From the NCBI GenBank assembly GCA_038042405.1, contig JBBTEI010000028.1, forward strand, positions 1,017 through 65,016: a DNA stretch of 64,000 bases, given 5' to 3'. Below, in pieces: positions 58,261-64,000 of the stretch. Position numbers and translations under genes: made by a program. This stretch comes from Pseudomonadota bacterium (GTDB lineage Bacteria > Pseudomonadota > Alphaproteobacteria > Sphingomonadales > Sphingomonadaceae). The notes under the pieces were generated by a model, which did no database searches, was not told the DNA's origin, and was given only the letters and a program-made list of their open reading frames with translations. The number at the start of each line of letters is the position of its first letter. The stretch's first letter is position 1.

Positions 58261-59523
58261 TTAGTCGCGCACGAACTGGGCAACGAAAAAGCCGTCGGCA
58301 TGATTGGCAGGCAGCACCCTGATCCAGCCACCCGGATCGGCCACGATTCCTCGTGCTATGCTTTGATTATCAAGCTTTTTGAGCGTTAGTCCTGCCGCCT
58401 CTGCCACTGCAATCTGTGCCTCACCCTCGGCGCGCTCAAGCGAACATGTTGCGTAAACCAGCGTTCCGCCGGGTTCAAGCCAGCCCGCAACGCGCGCAAT
58501 CATCGCCGCCTGTATCTGCGCAAGTGCGGCAATATCACGCGGGCGGACGCGGTGGAGTACATCGGGGTGGCGCGCAAAAATACCCGTCGCGCTACACGGC
58601 GCATCAAGCAAGATTGCCGAAACGGGCGCTGTAGGCTGCCATTTCAATATGTCCCCCTGAACAACGTGCGCGCTAAGCCCAGTCCGCGCCAGATTGTCTG
58701 ACAGACGAACAAGCTTGGCCCGGTCTTGATCTACTGCGCTCACATTCCAGCCTGCCGCTGCGAGCTGCATGGTTTTGCCGCCCGGCGCTGCGCAAAGATC
58801 AAGCACAGTGCGTCCACCGCCTCCACCAAGTACGCGCGCCGGAATTGAGGCCGCGATATTCTGCACCCACCATGCGCCTTCATCAAATCCGGGAAGCTCG
58901 GGGATTGCCGTACCGCGCGGTACCCGGACATGGCCGGGGGCAAGGCTTTCGCCGCCCAGCTTTGCCACCCATTCACCGGTCGTGGCTGCATCCTTGAGGG
59001 TAAGGTCAAGCGGCGGCGGCGTGGCAAGTGCAGTTGCTGCCACGTCAAGCATCGCATCGCCCCAATCGCTCTGCCAGCGCGCCACCACTTCGGGGGGCAA
59101 TGCCGGCATTTCAGGGAGCAACACCTTACGACGAAGCAGCGTTCCCAAAACCCCGTGGACAAGGCGGCGCGGGCCGCCCTCGACCAGCGGCAGCGCCGTT
59201 GCAACAGCGGCATGTTCGGGCGTGCCGAGCACCAGCACCTGGATGAGGGCGATGCGGATCACGAGCCGCGCCTTGGAATCATCGGCGAGACGGTTGCGCG
59301 TCGCGCTATCGATCAGTGCGTCGAGATCAGGCAAATGACGCAGCGTTTCGCTCGCAATAGCATGGGCAAGCGCCCGGTCAGCCGGATTATCAACGCCGCG
59401 CGTCGCAAAGCTTAGCGATGCTTCAAGTGGCTGCCCCCGGCGCAGCACCGCATCGAGCAGCTTGAGCGCCGCACGCCGCGCGGAAAGGCCAGCAATTTCG
59501 GTTGAAGGAACATCTACACTCAT
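58261..59523 (-). CDS. rsmB: RsmB/NOP family rRNA m5C methyltransferase with NusB-like N-terminus
   Basis: LDLCAAPGGKT, LDAPCSATG, YATCS. Confidence 0.85.
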   Translation of the reverse strand: MSVDVPSTEIAGLSARRAALKLLDAVLRRGQPLEASLSFATRGVDNPADRALAHAIASETLRHLPDLDALIDSATRNRLADDSKARLVIRIALIQVLVLGTPEHAAVATALPLVEGGPRRLVHGVLGTLLRRKVLLPEMPALPPEVVARWQSDWGDAMLDVAATALATPPPLDLTLKDAATTGEWVAKLGGESLAPGHVRVPRGTAIPELPGFDEGAWWVQNIAASIPARVLGGGGGRTVLDLCAAPGGKTMQLAAAGWNVSAVDQDRAKLVRLSDNLARTGLSAHVVQGDILKWQPTAPVSAILLDAPCSATGIFARHPDVLHRVRPRDIAALAQIQAAMIARVAGWLEPGGTLVYATCSLERAEGEAQIAVAEAAGLTLKKLDNQSIARGIVADPGGWIRVLPANHADGFFVAQFVRD

Positions 59524-59846
59524 CGCAATACTGCCCAAATTAAAATTGCCATGCCAGCCACCCATATTCCTACACCGACCCATAGCGCCACCCAATCGCT
59601 TCGACGTGGCTTGGGCTTCACACCCTTCGGAATGACACGTAGCGATGTTGGAATACGAACGCGGCCTAGCGTAGCAAGCGCAATCACATGCCGCCCGATT
59701 CCGTGAAAATATCGTGCGACTCGCCTAGAATAAATAAACTTGGATGCCGAGTGGGTGGTGGCGTCAGTCACAAGGTCAGTCGCGATATCGCCGATAAAAT
59801 GCGCGGTATGTTTAACGGCCTCGCCAATAATCTCTTCAATCGGCAT
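59520..59846 (-). CDS. Hypothetical membrane protein
   Basis: Intact ORF with a C-terminal TM helix; stop overlaps the rsmB ATG (ATGA). Confidence 0.6.
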   Translation of the reverse strand: MPIEEIIGEAVKHTAHFIGDIATDLVTDATTHSASKFIYSRRVARYFHGIGRHVIALATLGRVRIPTSLRVIPKGVKPKPRRSDWVALWVGVGIWVAGMAILIWAVLR

Positions 59847-59963
59847 GAATCTCAATCCAAGAGTATGAGGTGAATAAACTTACGCAGCGTCTCAATTGCG
59901 CTTCCGTTTAAGAAGGTGCAGAGTCAAGGATAAGCTGCGTGTGCAACCCCGAGGTTCTCCCTG

Positions 59964-60128
59964 ATGAACAAACGCCCCGCCCATGTCAAAGCGCCGGACT
60001 ATCTTTCCAAAAGCCCGCCGGTGCCTGCCCCCGAGCCATTGATCCGCGCGCCCGAGCCTGATCCTGACCGGCTTGACCCCGTTCGCTACGGCGATTGGGA
60101 ATATAAAGGCATCGCAATAGATTTTTAG
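59964..60128 (+). CDS. DUF1674 family protein (54 aa, below the ORF-track cutoff)
   Basis: My translation: MNKRPAHVKAPDYLSK...LDPVRYGDWEYKGIAIDF*, with the family's P.RYGDWE..G...DF end. Confidence 0.85.
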   Translation: MNKRPAHVKAPDYLSKSPPVPAPEPLIRAPEPDPDRLDPVRYGDWEYKGIAIDF

Positions 60129-60190
60129 TGTCAACCGGCTGTTAAGGCCTTGGTGATAGGCATCTTTATGAATTGAAAAAAGGTGCTGTA

Positions 60191-61183
60191 ATGGACGAAG
60201 AGTTGACCGAATTGCTGGCCCGCTTGATGCAGGCTGGAACAGTCACAAACAGCGATGTTATGATTTTGCGCGATGCGGTATGGACTGACGAGACGATCAC
60301 CGAACCCGTGGTCGATGCCTTGTTCGCGCTCAATGATGCGCTGGCCAGCCATTCGCCAGTTTGGACAGATTTTTTCATTGAAGCGATCGAATATTATCTG
60401 GTTGATCAATGCGTGCCGCAGGGCTTTGTCGATGATAGCTGCGCCAACTGGCTGCAAAGCCGTATTGACAAAAATGGCCGGGTGACGACGCTCACCGAAA
60501 TTGAATTGCTCGTCGCCATCATCGAGCGCGCCGAAAGTGCGCCTGAAGCGCTGCAACAATATGCAATTGCCCAAATCGAAAATGTCATTGTCAGCGGCGA
60601 AGGCCCTACGCGCACCGACGGCGTCATCCGGCCAAATTGCGTTGATGCTGTCGAGGTGGAATTGCTCCGCCGTCTGATCTTTGCGGGCGGCGGTGAAGGA
60701 GCGGTCATCGTCGGTTCGGAAGAAGCCGACATGTTGTTCCGTATCAAGGACGCAACACTTCAGGGCGATAATGCGCCAACATGGCTGCGCTTGTTTGTCC
60801 AAGGCGTTGGCAATCATTTGATGGCGCACAGCGATTACCGCCCGCTTTCACGCGAGGAAATGGTCGAGTTTGACACGCATCTGGACGAGTATGTGCCGAG
60901 TCTGGGGCGCTTTTTCCGGCGGATGCTGCCGAGTGACAAGATCGGCTATGGTACAATTTCCGAAGCGTTCAAGACGTTGTTTCCCAAGACGGAGGATCGT
61001 TTCGCCAAGCGGCTGGCGCTCGATAACAGCCATTTGATTACAATCGACGAGGCCAGTTGGCTCAAGGCCCATATCGCCAGTGATGGGGAAACCGATGCCT
61101 ATGAAAAGGCATTGCTGACCTTCATCATTGATGAAGCCGAGCACGCGCCCTCAATGTTGGATCGCCTTCGTCTCCAGGCTTAA
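60191..61183 (+). CDS. Hypothetical all-helical protein with an internal duplication (TerB-like)
   Basis: Acidic helical ORF whose two halves align by eye. Confidence 0.7.
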   Translation: MDEELTELLARLMQAGTVTNSDVMILRDAVWTDETITEPVVDALFALNDALASHSPVWTDFFIEAIEYYLVDQCVPQGFVDDSCANWLQSRIDKNGRVTTLTEIELLVAIIERAESAPEALQQYAIAQIENVIVSGEGPTRTDGVIRPNCVDAVEVELLRRLIFAGGGEGAVIVGSEEADMLFRIKDATLQGDNAPTWLRLFVQGVGNHLMAHSDYRPLSREEMVEFDTHLDEYVPSLGRFFRRMLPSDKIGYGTISEAFKTLFPKTEDRFAKRLALDNSHLITIDEASWLKAHIASDGETDAYEKALLTFIIDEAEHAPSMLDRLRLQA

Positions 61184-62154
61184 CCTTCGTTTCTGAGCGG
61201 CCTGGCAAGTAATCGGCCGACAACCGTATCAACGTCAGCCGCACCCGTGAGCAGCGCGCAAACGGCATCGACCACCGGCATCTCCACGCCCGCCGTCTGT
61301 GCCGCCAATTGCAGCACGGGCGCTGTAAATGCGCCTTCGGCAACGGTGCGGCCTGACAGCAATTCGGCGGCCGCGCGTCCTTCGCCCAGGCCTTTGCCAA
61401 GGGTGAAGTTGCGTGACTGCGTTGATGAACAGGTCAGAACGAGGTCGCCCAGCCCCGAAAGCCCCCCCAATGTTTCAGCCGAAGCCCCACGCGCAAGCCC
61501 GAAGCGGGTCATTTCAGCAAAGCCGCGTGCGATCAGCGCGGCCCGTGCATTCTTGCCAAGCGCGCGCCCTTCGACGACCCCACATGCAATCGCGAGAACA
61601 TTTTTGACCGCGCCACCAATTTCAGCGCCGATGACATCGCTTGAAACATAGGGCCGGAAATGGGGCTGTGCCAGCCGCGCGGCAAGCATCTTTGCCAGCG
61701 TTGCATCAGTGCTGGCGAGGGTAACTGCGGTTGGCAATCCGCGCGCGACCTCGCCCGCAAAGGTTGGCCCCGAAAGCACTGCAATCGGCGCATCAGGGCA
61801 GGCTTGATGTGCGACTTCGGACATTAGCAACTGCGTGCCCGCCTCAATCCCTTTGGCGCAAAGTATGACCGGGCGACTGCCAGCGTACGTAGCGTCAAGC
61901 ACTGCGCGCATATGTTGTGCGGGGGTAACAATCAGCAGCGCCTCGCACCCGGCTAGCCCGTCCAAATCCCCGGTTGCTGTTATGCTGTGTGACAGCGGAA
62001 CATTGGCCAAAAACAGCTGATTTTGATGTGTTTCATTGATACTGGCCACAACTTCGGGTTCGCGCGCCCACAGCCAAACCTGATCACCACCCTCGGCCGC
62101 GACTTGCGCCAATGCAGTGCCCCATGCGCCGCCGCCTATCACCCCGAGTTTCAT
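61180..62154 (-). CDS. gpsA: NAD(P)H-dependent glycerol-3-phosphate dehydrogenase
   Basis: [45 protein letters not shown]. Confidence 0.95.
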   Translation of the reverse strand: MKLGVIGGGAWGTALAQVAAEGGDQVWLWAREPEVVASINETHQNQLFLANVPLSHSITATGDLDGLAGCEALLIVTPAQHMRAVLDATYAGSRPVILCAKGIEAGTQLLMSEVAHQACPDAPIAVLSGPTFAGEVARGLPTAVTLASTDATLAKMLAARLAQPHFRPYVSSDVIGAEIGGAVKNVLAIACGVVEGRALGKNARAALIARGFAEMTRFGLARGASAETLGGLSGLGDLVLTCSSTQSRNFTLGKGLGEGRAAAELLSGRTVAEGAFTAPVLQLAAQTAGVEMPVVDAVCALLTGAADVDTVVGRLLARPLRNEG

Positions 62155-63188
62155 GCTTTTACTCCTGCACCGCGCGCTTTTTCTGCGTGTGGATCAAGCG
62201 GCCATCGCGGCCGCGCTTCAAAATCAAGCGAATCTGTTAACCCGGCTGCAAAGCGCTCTGCCCCGGCCCAACCGATCATCGCGGCATTGTCAGTACAAAG
62301 CCACAGCGGCGGCGCGATAAAGGGCAGGCCATTTTTAGTGGCCAGCGCTTCAAGTGCTGACCGGATTGACTGATTCGCCGCGACCCCGCCCGCAACGACC
62401 AACGCGGTCACATCTCCGCACTGGCCAAGTGCGCGTGTCGTCCGGTCAATCAGGCAATCGACCACCGCCTGCTGAAAGGATGCGGCGATATCTTGCGCGC
62501 TATGAAGCCCGGCATCGCGTGCACGGAGCACTGCGCTTTTGAGCCCGGCGAACGAGAAATGCGGTTCGTCACTGCCAATGAGCGGGCGGGGCAGGGGCAC
62601 CGCCTTTGGATCGCCGAGCCTCGCTGCGGCTTCAACCGCTGGCCCACCAGGGAAGCCAAGGCCAAGCAATTTGGCGCTTTTGTCAAAAGCCTCTCCTGCT
62701 GCATCGTCAATCGTGGTTGCCAGGCGCTGATAATTGCCAACCCCACGCACCAGCAAAAGCTGGCAATGTCCCCCCGAAACGAGCAACAGCAAATAGGGAT
62801 ATTTGAGCGCCGGATCGGCAAGCCGGGGTGACAGAGCATGGCCTTCCAAATGGTTGACCGCAATCAGGGGCTTGCCCACCGCGTGGCACAGCGCCTTTGC
62901 GGTGACGAGGCCAACCATCACCCCGCCGATCAGGCCCGGCCCGGCTGTCGCCGCGATGGCATCGACATCAGCAAGAGCAATGCCCGCATCATCCAACGCA
63001 CCCTCAATCAACGGGATCAACGCCTCGACGTGTGCGCGCGCCGCAATCTCGGGAACGACCCCGCCATAGGGGCGGTGTGCAGCCTCTTGCCCCGCCAAAC
63101 GGTGCGCCAAAATCTGGCGGTCACTCGTAACGAGCGCCGCCGCCGTTTCATCGCAGCTCGATTCAATGCCAAGGATTAGCGTCATCAC
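62151..63188 (-). CDS. tsaD: tRNA N6-adenosine threonylcarbamoyltransferase TsaD
   Basis: [44 protein letters not shown]. Confidence 0.97.
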   Translation of the reverse strand: MMTLILGIESSCDETAAALVTSDRQILAHRLAGQEAAHRPYGGVVPEIAARAHVEALIPLIEGALDDAGIALADVDAIAATAGPGLIGGVMVGLVTAKALCHAVGKPLIAVNHLEGHALSPRLADPALKYPYLLLLVSGGHCQLLLVRGVGNYQRLATTIDDAAGEAFDKSAKLLGLGFPGGPAVEAAARLGDPKAVPLPRPLIGSDEPHFSFAGLKSAVLRARDAGLHSAQDIAASFQQAVVDCLIDRTTRALGQCGDVTALVVAGGVAANQSIRSALEALATKNGLPFIAPPLWLCTDNAAMIGWAGAERFAAGLTDSLDFEARPRWPLDPHAEKARGAGVKA

Positions 63189-63226
63189 CCTTCCCTCTAA
63201 TCGCCAACCGCGCTAGCACAAGCCGG

Positions 63227-64000
63227 ATGATCACACGCCCGGTTAAACCGCTGCGCCTCGGCACACGCGCATCCCCTCTCGCAATGGTGCAAGCGCATAT
63301 GGTGCGCACGCAACTTTTGGCTGCGCATGGCTGGGACGATGCCCTCATCGAGATTTGCCCCGTTGTTGCGAGTGGTGACAAGATCCTTGACCGGGCGCTT
63401 GCCGAAGTGGGCGGCAAAGCATTGTGGACGAAGGAGTTGGATCAGTGGCTCGTCAGTGGCGACATTGATTTTTCAGTCCATTCGATGAAGGATGTCGAAA
63501 CGCACCGGCCCGCCGAATTCGCAATCGCGGCGATGCTTGAACGTGGGGATGTCCGTGATCGCCTGATTGGCGCTGAATCGCTATCGACGTTGCCCCACGG
63601 CGCACGCGTCGGGACAAGTGCGCCGCGCCGCCGCGCCCAATTGCTTGCCCGGCGACACGATCTTGAGATTTGCGTGTTTCGCGGCAATGTCCAAACAAGG
63701 CTTGCCAAACTCGAAGCAGGCGAAGCGAAGGCAACCTTGCTTGCCGCAGCCGGACTGGAACGGCTCGGGATGGGCGATATAGGTACACCTGTTGCGATAG
63801 AAGAGATGCTTCCCGCTCCGGCGCAAGGGGCCATCGGGGTAGAAACCTTGGCGTGCAATTATGATATGATCGGCTGGCTTGGTGCGATAAATCATGAACC
63901 AACCTTTGCCTGCGTGAACGCCGAACGCGCTTTACTTGGTGGGCTATCGGGCGATTGTCGCTCACCCGTTGCCGCGTTGGCGGTGATCAAAAACACGCAA
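63227..64000 (+). CDS. hemC: Hydroxymethylbilane synthase (runs off the 3' window edge, so absent from the ORF track)
   Basis: My translation: MITRPVKPLRLGTRASPLAMVQA...GGKALWTKELD...VHSMKD...GTSAPRR...RGNVQTR. Confidence 0.93.
   Translation, partial: MITRPVKPLRLGTRASPLAMVQAHMVRTQLLAAHGWDDALIEICPVVASGDKILDRALAEVGGKALWTKELDQWLVSGDIDFSVHSMKDVETHRPAEFAIAAMLERGDVRDRLIGAESLSTLPHGARVGTSAPRRRAQLLARRHDLEICVFRGNVQTRLAKLEAGEAKATLLAAAGLERLGMGDIGTPVAIEEMLPAPAQGAIGVETLACNYDMIGWLGAINHEPTFACVNAERALLGGLSGDCRSPVAALAVIKNTQ

Noticed and set aside
59877-59887. AACTTACGCAG shared with the reverse strand at 19482-19492, both near insertion edges
   Set aside because: Many 11-mer matches are expected by chance in 64 kb; not significant.
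1-64000. CRISPR array, IS/transposase, integrase, prophage or recognisable defence system
   Set aside because: No regularly spaced direct repeats or diagnostic protein motifs seen anywhere in the window.

Overview
A 64-kb stretch of mostly core chromosome from an alphaproteobacterium, very likely Sphingomonadales (permuted two-piece tmRNA with tag ANDNEALALAA, sphingomonad-type TonB receptors and gene order). It runs from tolR-tolA-tolB-pal through nudC, mutY-DUF721-dsbA-dsbA-smc, coq7-dsbB-S41 peptidase, murJ-secB/tim44-mltA-smr, dapE, two TonB-dependent receptors, hspQ, tRNA-Ser and tRNA-Gln, ppx-rlmE, aroC-fabI, ispB-hrpB, lemA-TPM-TPM-NUDIX, mscL, Rrf2, ssrA, a YqiJ/flotillin pair, rpmG, divK, purH, rpe, rsmB, gpsA and tsaD to a partial hemC. 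I saw no integrase, transposase, prophage or CRISPR array. The most unusual signals are small-scale. Two different CGTC-type palindromic repeats sit exactly in frame inside genes (30 codons in the Smr protein, 25 codons in a TPM protein's signal region). An aldehyde dehydrogenase has its catalytic Cys codon changed to Ser, and next to it is an orphan membrane-anchored atypical receiver protein. A decaying ~1 kb islet at 19.4-20.4 kb holds two broken genes and one intact orphan ORF. The tmRNA has a duplicated AACAGAA-loop hairpin. All family calls come from motif recognition; no database search was run. I found no clearly complete new multi-gene system.
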